In this document: in pieces, positions 24,409-36,650 of the stretch
How positions within the stretch are numbered: the stretch's first letter is position 1
How the letters are laid out: each line of letters opens with the position of its first letter
Assembly: GCA_964658305.1 (NCBI GenBank)
Contig: OZ210884.1
Location: forward strand, 248,001-312,000
From: Leptogorgia sarmentosa
Lineage: Eukaryota
DNA length: 64,000 nt
Direction of reading: 5' to 3'
Position numbers and translations under genes: made by a program
Notes under the pieces: generated by a model
Seen by the model: only the letters and a program-made list of their open reading frames with translations
The model's database searches: none
Told to the model about the DNA's origin: nothing

Positions 24409-25090
24409 TGTGACGCGCTGATAACATCATCTCCCTTTAATAAACACCCACAACGTTTAAAGAGATGCCTTTCTCTATCAAAGAAAGGAAGAAACGTTAA
24501 ACAAATCGAACCTTTGACAATAACGTGTTAAGGTTCTGTGGTGTAAGCACTATGGGCATTCAATCCAGCGATCCGAGTTCAAGTCTCGGCAGAACCTACA
24601 TTGGACAGGAGATTTAAAGATTGTTTTAAGGTCGCCAATTTTATTACCTTTCTCTTCCAACATCCTATTTTGCAATTCGGAATTAATTGACAGAAATTGA
24701 TCCATGAACAAAATGATTGCAAAAGCGAACTTGTTATTTCAATTACAAAAGGGATACACTCTGTTAAAAACTCTTTTAACGAATAAAATTATAAAGGAGT
24801 GAAAATCAAGAACTTAATAAAAACCAATGGAAAAACTCTTTCCATGATCAATTAGTTTTCTTGTCATCATTCATGGATTCGAAGGTTTTCCAGCTTATCG
24901 CGAATAGCTTTACTGTGCCGGAATTACATCTTTATTAATCGTGTCAGCAAGCAAAAACGGTAAAATAAGAAAATATTAATGTTACTTTCTTCCGTTAGGG
25001 TTATATTTTTCCGCACGGACCTCCAAGCCGGTAAATAACATTTATTTATTTTAAGTTTATATTTCTTTGGGAAGGTTTTTCATGGTGTCA

Positions 25091-25105
25091 GTCTCTGTGG
25101 CGCAG

Positions 25106-25140
<35 letters not shown>

Positions 25141-25164
25141 TTGGTTCGAGTCCAACCAGGGACG
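25091..25164 (+). tRNA. tRNA-Asn(GTT)
   Basis: Intact, TTCGG-CTGTTAA-CCGAA. Confidence 0.93.
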
Positions 25165-25806
25165 TGTTTGGTGTGATGTTATTCAGACGTAGTAACAAGG
25201 GGCGGATCCAGACCATATCGAACGTATCAGCTGATACGGTCAGAAAAAATACAATAATAATGGATATTATTTTTTGACCTAAACCTAATTTTTGCCAAGG
25301 CCACATTGAAGGGGAATAAGAAACAGAACTTCAACGGTGACGATGCACGCAATGGTGATTACAATACTTTTTGGTGTTTGAAACAGATGCCGTGACCAGG
25401 ATTCGAACCTGGGTTATTGCGGCCACAACGCAATGTACTAACCACTATAATACTATACGATCACAGTGACTACGCTGGAAGATTGGAAAATGTTTTGGAA
25501 CGGCTGAGTATTACATTAATCCCATATTTTTCTTCCTCAGTACAAAATACATTAGAGAAAATTTTGATGCGATCAATGGCTTGCTGGTCTAGTGGTATGA
25601 TTCTCGCTTTGGGTGCGAGAGGTCACGGGTTCGATTGCTGTCGAAATTCTGTTCTTTATTCCCGTTCAATGTGGCCTTGTCAAAAATAGTATCCATTATT
25701 GTAATATTCTTTCCAAAAGTTGTCAATCTCATTGGCGTATTCGGCTGCTAACCGAAACGATTTACGGAAGCTTTCAAAATGGAGAAGGTCTTGCTTGGTC
25801 AATGAA

Positions 25807-25878
25807 GGGCTTGCACGGGAATCGAACCCGTGACCTCTCGCACCCAAAGCGAGAATCATACCACAAGACCAGCAAGCC
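25807..25878 (-). tRNA. tRNA-Pro(TGG)
   Basis: Full-length, CTCGC-TTTGGGT-GCGAG; partial or diverged copies at 25578, 28069, 40689, 49006-49077 and ~59856. Confidence 0.9.
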
Positions 25879-25973
25879 ATTGATAGTAACCAATTGTTCC
25901 CTAATGTAATTTGTACTGACGAACAAAAATATGGGATTAATGTAATATCCAATTTTGCAGCGAAGTCGCCGTG

Positions 25974-26488
25974 GCAAATTTCGATTCCGTCGACGGTCGG
26001 ACACCTCCGGGATGGTCGAACACCTCATTCACTCGTATTCAGCACCTCAACAGCGCATAACACTAACCCAAACCCTATTCCTAGCCCTAACTTTAAACAT
26101 TGACAAAATAATATGCGTGTTTTGAAAAAAATAGTTGAAAATTCTTTGGCAAAAGATATTAATTTTGAGACAAATGATAGCGATAATAAATTTATTTTGC
26201 GACGTTTCGATGCTTCTTGCAACATTTTCAAGCTGAGAATATTAAAGATATTAAAGATCGAAAAACATAAGTAAGAAATATTGTACCCCGATGGGGATCG
26301 AACACTGGTGCTCTGCACAGGAACCCGCACCCTTGCCATTACACCGACTGCTCCAGCTGCCTGATCTCCCATTCAAAATTATTATTATGCTTATTTCTAA
26401 TGCTACTGCTGTTCATGTAATATAACGAGGTGTCCGACCATTTCGGAGGTGTCGGAGGTGTCCGACCGTCGACGGAATCGAAATAAGC
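25974..26488. mobile_element. MITE with ~55-bp TIR and 9-bp TSD (Mutator-like)
   Basis: GCAAATTTCGATTCCGTCGACGGTCGGACACCTCC TIR; TSD GTCGCCGTG at 25965-25973 and 26489-26497; empty site at 40572-40580. Confidence 0.92.
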
Positions 26489-26491
26489 GTC

Positions 26492-26563
26492 GCCGTGATC
26501 GTATAGTGGTTAGTACTTTGCGTTGTGGCCGCGATAACCCAGATTCGAATCCTGGTCATGGCA
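26492..26563 (+). tRNA. tRNA-His(GTG)
   Basis: Loop TTGTGGC; copies at 25388-25466, 40506-40577 and ~59955-60024. Confidence 0.85.
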
Positions 26564-26907
26564 TCTGTTTCAAATACCAAAAATTATTGTAATCACCATT
26601 GCGGTCATCGTCACCGTAGATGTTCTGTTTATTATTCCAGTTCAATGTGGCCTTGGCAAAAAATCAGATTTTGGCCAAAAATAGTATCCATTGTTTTTAT
26701 ATTTTTCCCCGAAAGTTTTAGGTTAGCAATCGGTTAGGGCGTTCGGCTGTTAAGACAAGTTAACTCTCATGATTGTATGAAAAGTGTGACCCGAAACCAA
26801 ATTTTTGAACAGAATTTATTTCATGAAAAACACGTGATAATAGAGGAAATTAAGTTTAATTACCTTCGTAATGGATTTATATTCTGACTTTCATACGGAA
26901 AGAAGTA

Positions 26908-26980
26908 GTCTCATTAGCTCAGTTGTTAGAGCACTTGTCTTGTAAACCAGGGGTCCAGAGTTAAAATCTCTGATGGGGCT
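26908..26980 (+). pseudogene. tRNA-Thr(TGT), degenerate
   Basis: Loop CTTGTAA; T-loop TTAAAAT; mirror copy at 40071-40143. Confidence 0.8.
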
Positions 26981-27370
26981 CAAAAGTAGCGTTATCGAAG
27001 TTCGGCCTGTTAGTTTTGGGAATGGAGAACAATTTTTAAAGTGAAACTCAGAGTTCATCTTACTTGTAACATATTCGATATTGTACGTACTGTAATTTAA
27101 TCAAAGATTAAACAGTAACGTTTTACAAAGAAAGAAAACAATTGCAAATTAGCAAAACCATTGCTATTATACTAGCTCTATCCCTCATACCAAATCTTTT
27201 AGTGTTTTCTGTATTTAAGTCTTTGTTGTCATGATTTTGCTTTTCCAAAAAAAATATTTTGCTGATCATGTTTAAAGTGAAACAATTTCCTAGAACTTCA
27301 ACTCATCCAGTTTTTCCCCCAAAAAAATCGTGTTTACATTCGAGACGAAAATGTTGAAGACTTTGCATAA

Positions 27371-27452
27371 CGTAGTCGGCAGGATTTGAACCTGCGCGGG
27401 AAACTCCCAACAGATTTCGAGTCTGTCGCCTTAACCACTCGGCCATGACTAC
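27371..27452 (-). tRNA. tRNA-Ser(CGA)
   Basis: Full-length, loop CTCGAAA. Confidence 0.9.
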
Positions 27453-27626
27453 GTTGAATTGTATGCTTTATACGCTTGCAAGTTTATGAAAAGATCGGGT
27501 GCTTAGAAATCATTGAATGAGCAAACCCATACTAAATTTATCAGGGGAAATATTGATGTGGATACAAAATAGAAAGACTGCGCTGTACGGAGTGACAGTC
27601 CGATATTTGAAAGCTAGAGGTGCGAC

Positions 27627-27708
27627 CGTAGTCGGCAGGATTTGAACCTGCGCGGGAATTTCCCAACAGATTTCAAGTCTGTCGCCTTAACCACTCGGCC
27701 ACGACTGC
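27627..27708 (-). tRNA. tRNA-Ser(TGA)
   Basis: Full-length, loop CTTGAAA; one acceptor mismatch. Confidence 0.88.
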
Positions 27709-28176
27709 GTTGGCATTGTCATGTATTTCGAAATGAATAAATCAAGAATTTTGAAGATTTCCAGTTTATGGGTGTGATAACAACGACCTCTCGATCTGCA
27801 GTCGAATGCTCCACCACTGGCCCACACTCCTTGTGTAGTCGACCTAGGTTAATTACCTACCAAGGAAAGTATCAATTTTTTTATTGCCTCTGTTTTGTCA
27901 ATTTTACATTTAAATACAAACTCATTCACCGCATGTGTCATCACGTGATTTCTTCAAGTCGAGAACAGAATCTCCTCTCTCGAGTTGCAACGGTTGAGAT
28001 ATTACATTAATCCCATATTTTTATTCGTCAGTACAAAGTACATTAGAATACAATTTGACACAATCAATGGCTTGCTGGTCTAGTGGTATGATTCTCGCTT
28101 TGGGTGCGAGAGGTCACGGGTTCGATTCCCGTGCGCTTAAGACGTTCTGTTTTTTGAAAGCTTCCGTAAATCCTTA

Positions 28177-28439
28177 AGGCCTGATTCCACGACGGCGAAA
28201 TCTTTCGCGAAATATTGTGTCTGGGAAATGCGGATGGTTGCACATGAACGATTCTATTGAATTCTCCCCCATTTTTCGCCTGACTTCTCTCCCCCCATTT
28301 TTCCAACTGACTTCTACTCACTGGCGAAGCGAAATTTTTTCTCGAGAAATCTTATTTGCCTTTATCACGCATGCGTACAATTAGTTCGCGCGAAAATTTT
28401 TGCATTTCGCCAAGAAATGTCGCCCGTGGAATCAGGCCT
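28177..28439. mobile_element. MITE, PIF/Harbinger-like
   Basis: TIR AGGCCTGATTCCAC / GTGGAATCAGGCCT; TTA TSD; empty-site paralog at ~59790-59820. Confidence 0.85.
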
Positions 28440-29205
28440 TTAGAACACCTCGCGCAAAAAATTCCAACAAAATATTTTAGTAATCGTTTTCAAGTATATT
28501 GGTCTACAGATTTAACACGAATCGTAGCAGCTATAATGCTATATGCATCTCAACCCTTTGGGTCGCATGTTTTCCATCAGCCTGCTTTCAAGAATTTGAA
28601 AGATTTCCAGTTTGTAGGTATGATAAGAAAGAGCGGTCGGATTTGAACCACCGACCTATCGATCTGCAGTCGAATGCTCTACCACTGAACTACTACACTC
28701 CCTGTGTAGTCTGCCAGGTTAATTACGTACATAATTATATACTTTCAAACGCAGCTATAATCAATTCACGGATTTCTGCTTTTTCTATTTTAAATATTCA
28801 AATACAAAATTTTTCTTGGCATGTTTCATAGCCTTAATACAATAAAAAACGAGACTTCTTTCCGTTGATTTTGTGGCTGGAAAATTTGGGCATTGAATCT
28901 GTCATTTTAAACACTCTGCTATCACCACCGAGAACAGAACTTCCTCTCCTCGAGTTTTTTCCCCAATAAAATCATGTTCACATTCGAGGCCAAAATGTTG
29001 AAGACTTTGCATAACGTAGTCGGCAGGATTTGAAGCTGGGCGGGAAACTCCCAACAGTTTTCTAGTCTCTCGCCTTAACCGCTCGGCCACGACTACCTTA
29101 ATACAGGCCCAAGGTTGCTTGGGAATAAAATGGATTCTTTTGGGTGTTTTTTTCTTGTAATACAATTCCCTGTATTATAAAAAAATCAAATGTAATGTCT
29201 AAAAT

Positions 29206-29277
29206 AGGCTCTGCTGAGACTTGAACTCGGATCGCTGGATTCAAAGACCAAAGTGCTAACCATTACACCGCAGAACC
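29206..29277 (-). tRNA. tRNA-Gln(TTG), diverged
   Basis: Loop CTTTGAA. Confidence 0.78.
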
Positions 29278-29879
29278 TTAACACGACCACGACAATATTT
29301 CCAATTGTTTCACGTTTACCTCTTCCTTGTACAACGAAAGGCACCACTTCACACGATGAAGAAACAGTCGTCCTACATCAACCAGTGTCCTGTAGTTCCA
29401 GAAATAACTTTTCCAAGAAATTTATTTGGCAGTAGTGGGGTTGCAACCCAGGCGAACGAAACAACTTGTGCCTGAAAACAGCGCCTCAGACCACTCGACC
29501 ACACTACCCGCAGTTATTCCTCACTATGGCAATGGAGAAACAATCGTCCTACCTCAACCAATTTCCTGTAGTCACCAGTAATAATTTTTCCTAGAAAATT
29601 AAATGGCAGCTGTGGGGTTGGAACCCACGCCATCAAAACGACTGGTGCCTGAAAGCAGCCTCCTAAACCGCTCGGAACAAGCTATAAACGATGTTGCCCG
29701 GAATTGTAAAGAAATGTAGGGTTGTTATTGGTATAAATGAAGTCTGACAACCAGCGCCTTAGACAACTCGGCCACACTAGCGGGGTCGTTCTTTATCTGA
29801 AATAGTTTTCAAACGGAAGGTCATTGGATAGTTAGAAGAATTAGAATTTCTCGAATTTCAGAAGGCATAGGTATCAGGT

Positions 29880-29952
29880 GGCCTCATGGCCTAACGGATA
29901 AGGCGTCTCACTTCGGATGAGAAGATTCCAGGTTCGAATCCTGGTGGGGTCG
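29880..29952 (+). tRNA. tRNA-Arg(TCG)
   Basis: Intact, identical to 105-177; mirror copy at 38056-38128. Confidence 0.95.
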
Positions 29953-32900
29953 CAGTTTTCTCTCATTTCTCTAAATCTACGTTTGGATGAGAAGAAATAT
30001 CGTTAAGACGAAGAGCAGGAAAAAGTGTGTGACTGGAATTCTGGAAGATCGTCCTTAAACTCCTTAATATATTTTTTTTCTTCAATAACCTCCTTCGTGC
30101 ATACATTTTTGAATGATGTGCAAGTTCGATAAAAATTTCAATCCTTAACAAGTGTCATAGATTTTAATGGAGATGGGAGAACTGTCACCACTGGCCCGTT
30201 AGCTCAGTAGCCAGAGCGTGGTGCTAATAACGCTAAGGTTGTGAGTTCGATCCTCACACGGACCACGACATGGTTTCGATGGGAACTCGATTAGAGTGGC
30301 TTTTCTTTGGCGCACGAAATAAATTTTCTTTTTCATTGGAAACGTAGTTTGATTCTCCACCCTGCGCGCACCAGAAGGCTTTTTTGCCATAGGGTCTGTG
30401 GCCCAATGGATAAGGTGTCGGACTGCGAACCAACAGATTCTTGGTTTGGATCCTGGCGGGGACGTTTTTTTTCTGTGATAGTTTTCAACATGGAAGTGAT
30501 TGGATTTTACAAGATTCAGAATTTCTTGATCTTCAGAGGGCGATGGCTTTAGGTTGCCTCATGGCCTAACGGATAAGGCGTCTCACTTCGGATGAGAAGA
30601 TTTTCAGGTTCGAATCCTGGTGGGGTCGCAGCCTTCTCTCTCAATCTGTGTTGTTGGGTAAGGACAAGTATCGTTAAGACGAAGCACAGGAACGTTTTGT
30701 GATTGGAATTCTGGAGGATCGTCCTTAAACTCTTTATATATTTTTTATCCCCAATAACCTCCTTCGTACAGACATTTTTGAATGATGTGCAAGGTTGATA
30801 AAAATTTAAATCCTTAACAGGTATAATAGACTTCAATAGAGATGGGCGAAGTGTCACCACAGAGCGTGGTGCATGGTTTCGATGGGAATTGGCCATGGAT
30901 TAGTGTGGCTTGTCATTAGCAAGCATTTCTGCCATAGGCCCCGTGGTCCAATCCATAAGGTGTCTGACTACGGATCAGAAGATTCCAGATTCGAATCCTG
31001 GCGTAGACAATTTGTTTTTTTTGGCAGTGATGGGATTCGAACCCACGCCATCGAAATGACGGGTGTCTTAAACCAGCCTCTTGAACCACTCGGCAAACGA
31101 CAAAACGATGTTGCACGGGAATTGTAACAATTTTGGAATATACTTGTAACAATTTTGGAATATAATTTTGGAAAGCGGCTATTGTTTTATTCCAGCCAGC
31201 TAATTCACTTCTTCCCATTAGGTATAATAATACAAGGTATTTATGTACTACCTTCATCTGAGTTTTTCGCAGTCTTCTCTCTTTTCTCTCAATCTACGTT
31301 TGGATGAGAACAAATATCGTTAAGACGAAGTACAAGAAAGTGTGTGACTGGAATTCTGGAAGATCGACCTTAAACTCCTCATACTTTTTATCTTCAATAA
31401 CCTCCTTCGTGCAGACATTTTTGAATGATGTGAAAGTTCGATAAAAATTTCAATCCTTTATAAGTATAATAGACTTAAGAGAAAAGAGAGAAGACTGCGA
31501 CCGCGCCAGGATTCGAACCTTAAAATCTTCTCATCCGAAGTGAGACGCCTTATCCAAATACCAACGCCCTCTGAATATCAAGAAATTTCAATACTTGTAA
31601 CGATCCAATCAACTCCCGGTTGAAAACAATGACAGATAAAAAACCTCCCCGCCAGGATTCGAACCTGGAATCTTCCGATCCGTAGTCAGACACCTTATCC
31701 ATTGGGCCACGGGACCTATGGCACAAAAGCCTTCTGGTGCGCATAGTGGGAGAACCAAACTACATTTCCATTGAAAAAGAAAATTTATTTCCTGCGCCCA
31801 TGACAAGCCACACTAATCGAAACCCCATCAAAACCATGTCGTGGCCCGTGCGAGGATCGAATTCACGACCGTAGCGTTATTAGCACCACGCTCTGCCTAC
31901 TGAGCTAACGAGCCAGTGGTGACACTTCGCCCATCTCCATTAAAGTCTATTATACTTAAATTTTTATCGAACTTGGACATCATTCAAAAATGTCTGCATG
32001 AAGGACGTTATTGAAGATAAAAAATGTAAGGAGTTCAATGACGATCTTCCAGAATCCCAGTCACACACTCTCCTGTACTTCGTCTTAACGATATTTGCCT
32101 CATCCAAACGTAGATTGAGAGAAAAGAGGGAAGACTTCGACCCCAGCTGGATTAGAACCTGGAATCTTCTCATCCGAAGTGAGACGCCTTATCCGTTAGG
32201 CCATGAGGCCACCGGATACCATCGCCCTCTCAAGATCAAGAAATTGTAATTCTTGTAACTATCCAATACACTCCCGCTTGAAAACTATCACAGATAAAAA
32301 ACGACCCCGCCAGGATTCGAACCCGGATTCTGCTGATCCGTAGTCAAACACCTTATCCATTGGGCCACGAGGGCTATGGCACAAAGGCCTTCTGGTGCGC
32401 GCTGTGCGGAGAACCAAACAACATTTCCAATGAAAAAGAAAATATATTTCGTGAGCCAACGACAAGCCACTCTAATCGAGTTCCCATCGAAACAATGTCG
32501 TGGCCCGTGTGAGGATTGAACTTACGACCTTAGCGTTATTAGCACCACGCTCTGCCTACTGAGCTAACGGGCCAGTGGTGATACTTCGCCCATCTCCATT
32601 AAAGTCTATTATACTTGTTAAGAATTGAAATTTTTATCGAACTTGCACATCATTCAAAAATGTTCGCATGAAGGTGGTCATTGAAGATAAAAAATATAAG
32701 GAGTTTAAGCACGATCTTCCAGAATTCCAGTCTCACACTTTCCTGTACTTCGTCTTAACGATATTTGTTCTCATCCAAACGTAGAATGAGACAAAAGAGA
32801 GAAGACTACGAAAAACGCAGATGAAGGTAGTACATAAATACCTTGTATTATTATACCCAATGGGAAGAAGTGAATTAGTTGGCTGGATTAAAACAATAGC

Positions 32901-33124
32901 CGGTTTCCAAAATTATATTTAAAAAATTGTTACAAATAAATTCCAAAATTGTTACAATTCCGGGCAACACCGTTTTAGCGTTTGCCAAGTGGTTCAGAAG
33001 GCTGGTTTAAGGCACCAGTCATTTTGTTGGCGTGGGTTCGAATCCCACCACTGCCAAAAAAACAGATTGTGTACCCAATCAGAAAACTCAGATGAACGTA
33101 GTACATAAATACCTTGTTTTTATT

Positions 33125-33995
33125 GCAGACCTTCAGATTACACGACGCCGACTCCAACGGCAACGTTGAAGCGGGGAATGAGCTGGGCCGAGAACGCCGT
33201 CGCGTCGTACACTTCCGGGATTTTAAGATTTTGAATTTTTTCAACACTCAACAACGAGAACGCCATCTCATAGCTGTGTTGATATATGTTTAAATCTTGA
33301 CTGTCTATGCTCTTAATATAGGCTTTAATTGTTTGTCTTTGTTTGAACGTACAAAAATGATCAATATATTCTCTATAAATGCCCGGAAACAAGTCTATTT
33401 ACTGCCAAAGTCGTCGCGTTGCAGCCACTACGCCAAAACCCGAGTTTTCACGTCGGCGACTCAAATGGGCGACGTTGCAAACTGCAAATTCAGCAAAAAC
33501 TGGTTCACTCGTTACTTCCGGTTGGTGTCGCCGTCGCAAATTTCGATTCCGTCGACGGTCGGACACCTCCGAGATGGTCGGACACCTCATTCACTCGTAT
33601 TCAGCACCTCAACAGCGCATAACACTAACCCAAACCCTATTCCTAACCCTAACTTTAAACATTGACAAAATAATATGCGTATTTTGAAAAAAATAGTTGA
33701 AAAATCTTTGGCAAAATTTAAATTTGATATTAACGGTCGAAAAAAATAAGTAAGAAATATTGTAACCCGATGGGGATCGAACCCTGGTGCTCTGCACAGG
33801 AATCCGCATCCTTGCCATTACACCGACTGCTCAAGCTGCCTGATCTCCCATTCAAAATTATTATTATGCTTATTTCTAATGCTGCTGCTGTTCATATAAT
33901 ATAATGAGGTGTACGACCATTTCGGAGGTGTCCGACCGTCGACGGAATCGAAATAAGCGTCGCGGTCGCTGTTTTCTCGCAATCTTAAGGTCCCT
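33125..33995. mobile_element. MITE (AGGGACCTTAAGATT-type TIR) interrupting a tRNA spacer
   Basis: GACCTTCAGATT...AATCTTAAGGTCCCT; absent from the paralogous spacers at ~595 and ~36250. Confidence 0.75.
33536..33958. mobile_element. second copy of the 9-bp-TSD MITE, nested in another MITE
   Basis: Same TIRs; TSD GTCGCCGTC (33527-33535) / GTCGCGGTC (33959-33967); ~85-bp internal deletion. Confidence 0.92.
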
Positions 33996-34417
33996 ATTAT
34001 ACCCAATGGGAAGAAGTGAATTACTTAGCTGAATTAGAAAAATAGTTTCCAAAATTGGTCTTTGTGTTCAGGATCGACATACACATCAAAGGTCCTGCCA
34101 AGTCTTGAACTCGGATTCTTGCATTCAGAGTCCAAAGTGCTAACCATTACACCACAGAGCCAGTTATAATTCACTATACAAATAAATAGAGAAACAAAAA
34201 ACCGTCTTGGCTGTTCCCAAGATGCAAACTTCATTTCCCGAGCGGTCGAAGACGCCAGACTTAAGAACAACTCCGCTTAAGGTTTCTGGTCCACATTTGT
34301 GGGCGTGGGTTCGAATCCCACACCTGACAAGAATGTGCTGGACGATTTTTTACTTTCTGCTTCATCATACCGTTTCGAAAAGAATACAAATACACCAAAG
34401 AAGAGGGAATAAACACA

Positions 34418-34489
34418 GCGTTGATGGTGTAATGGCTAGCATTGTTGCCTTCCAAGCAATAGATCCGGGTTCGACTCCCGGTCGACGCA
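34418..34489 (+). tRNA. tRNA-Gly(TCC)
   Basis: Intact; identical copy at 36738-36809. Confidence 0.93.
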
Positions 34490-36548
34490 GAAGAATTAGC
34501 TTTTTGTATTTCAGAATTCATTGATAACAATAACAAACCTTAGATTTTTTTACAATTCCGGGCAACATCCTTTGTAGCGTTTGCCGAGTGGTTTAAGAGG
34601 CTGCTTTAAGGCACCAGTCGTTTCGATGGCGTGGGTTGCAACCCAACTTCTGCCATTCAATGTTCTTGGAAAAATTATCACTGGTAACCACAAGAAATTG
34701 GTTGAGGTACGACGACTGTTTCTTCATTGCCAAAGTGCGGAATAACATCGGTAGTGTGGCCGAGTGGTCTAAGGCTCTGGTTTAAGGCACCAGTTATTTC
34801 GATGGCGTGGGTTCGGATCCCACCACTGCCAATACATTTGTTCTTAATATTTTCACCGCTAACGAAAAGAAGAAGAACAGCGATAGTCACCGTCAGTCAT
34901 TTCAATGGCATGTGTTCGAATCCCACCACTGCCAAAAAAAATAAATTGTCTGCACAATTATTAAACTCAGATGAAGGTAATACGTAAATACCTTGTTTCG
35001 TGCATCATGCCCTCTCGAAAAAGGCAAATTTAAACAAGAATATGAAATTGACACATCGTTGATGGTGTAATGGATAGCATTGTTGCCTTCCAAGCAACAG
35101 ATCCGGGTTCAAATCCAGGTCAGCGCAGAAGAATTAACTTTTTGTATTCCAGGGCTTCATTGATATCAATAATAACCCCAGATTTTTTTAAAATTCCGGG
35201 AAACATCGTTTGTAGCGTTTGCCGAGTGGTTTAAGAGGCTGTTTTCAGGCGCCAGTCGTTTCGATGACGTGGGTTCCAACCCCACTACTGCCATTTAAAT
35301 TTCTTGAAAAGTTATTGCTAGTAACTACAGGGCAATTTTCTAGGCAGGGTGACTGTTTCTTCATTGCCAAAGTGAGGAATGACAGCGGTAGTGTGGCCGA
35401 GTGGCCTAAGGCGCTGGTTTTCAGGTTTCAGGGTAGGGTTCGAATCCCACCAATGCCAAAAAAAAACAAATTGTCTACACCAGGATTCGAACCTGGAATC
35501 TTCTGATCCGTAGTCAGACACCTTATGCATTCGGCCACGGGGCCTATGGCAGAAAAGCCTTCTGGCGCGCACAGTGCGGAAAATCAAACTACATTTCCAT
35601 TGAAAAAGAAACTTTATTGGGTGCGCCAATGACAAGCCACACTAATCCATGGCCAATTCCCATCGAAACCATGCACCACGCTCTGTATACTTTGCTTACG
35701 GGTAAGTGGTGACACTTCGCCCATCTCCATTAAAGTCTATTATACTTGTTAAGGATTGAAATTTTTATCGAACTTGAACATCTTTCAAAAATGTCTGCAC
35801 GAAGGAGGTTATTGAAGATAAAAAATATAAGTAGTTTAAGGACGATCTTCCAGAATTCCAGTCTCACACTTTCCTGTACTTCGTCTTAACGATACGATAT
35901 TTGTTCTCATCCAAACGTAGATTGAGAGAAAAGAGAGAAGACTGCGAAAAACTCATATGAAGGTAGTATATAAGTACATTGTATTATTATACCCAATGAG
36001 AAGAAGTGAATTAAATGGTTAAAACAATAGCCGGTTTCCAAAATTATATTCCAAAATTGTTACAAATATATTCCAAAATTGTTACAATTCCGGGCAACAT
36101 CGTTGTAGCGTTTGTCGAGTGGTTCAGGAGGTTGGTTTAAGGCACCAGACATTTTGATGGCGTGGGTTCGAATCCCACCACTGCCGAAAAAAATAAATTT
36201 TGTACCCAACCGGAAAACTCAGATGAACGTAGTTCATAAATACCTTATTTTTATTATATCCAATTGGAAGAAGTGAATTAGTTGGCTGGATTAGAAAAAT
36301 AGTTTATAAAATTGGTCTTTGTGTTCAGGATCGACATACACATCACAGGTCCTGCCGAGTCTTGAACTCGGATTCTCGCATTCAGAGTCCAAAGTGCTAA
36401 CCATTATACCACAGAACCAGTTATCATTCACTATACAAATAAATAGAGTAACAAAAAACTGTCTTGGCTGCTCCCAAGATGCAAACTTCATTTCCCAAGT
36501 TTTGCTCAGGCGAGATTTTGAAGATTACAGTCAAGGAGAAAACGGATA

Positions 36549-36650
36549 GTCAGGTTGGCCGAGCGGTCGAAGGCGCCAGACTTAAGGGCAACTCCGCTTA
36601 AGGTTTCTGGTCCACATTTGTGGGCGTGGGTTCGAATCCCACACCTGACA
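36549..36650 (+). tRNA. tRNA-Leu(TAA) with 18-nt intron (36587-36604)
   Basis: Intact 84-nt mature cloverleaf; intron at the canonical 37/38 position. Confidence 0.92.

Larger units (their letters stand above)
10026..31450 (+). repeat. left arm of giant degenerate inverted duplication
   Basis: Block-wise reverse-complement matches to 57485-35460 (see findings). Confidence 0.88.

Noticed and set aside
33620..33655. Interstitial telomere
   Set aside because: Only a few degenerate TAACCC units, always internal to MITEs.
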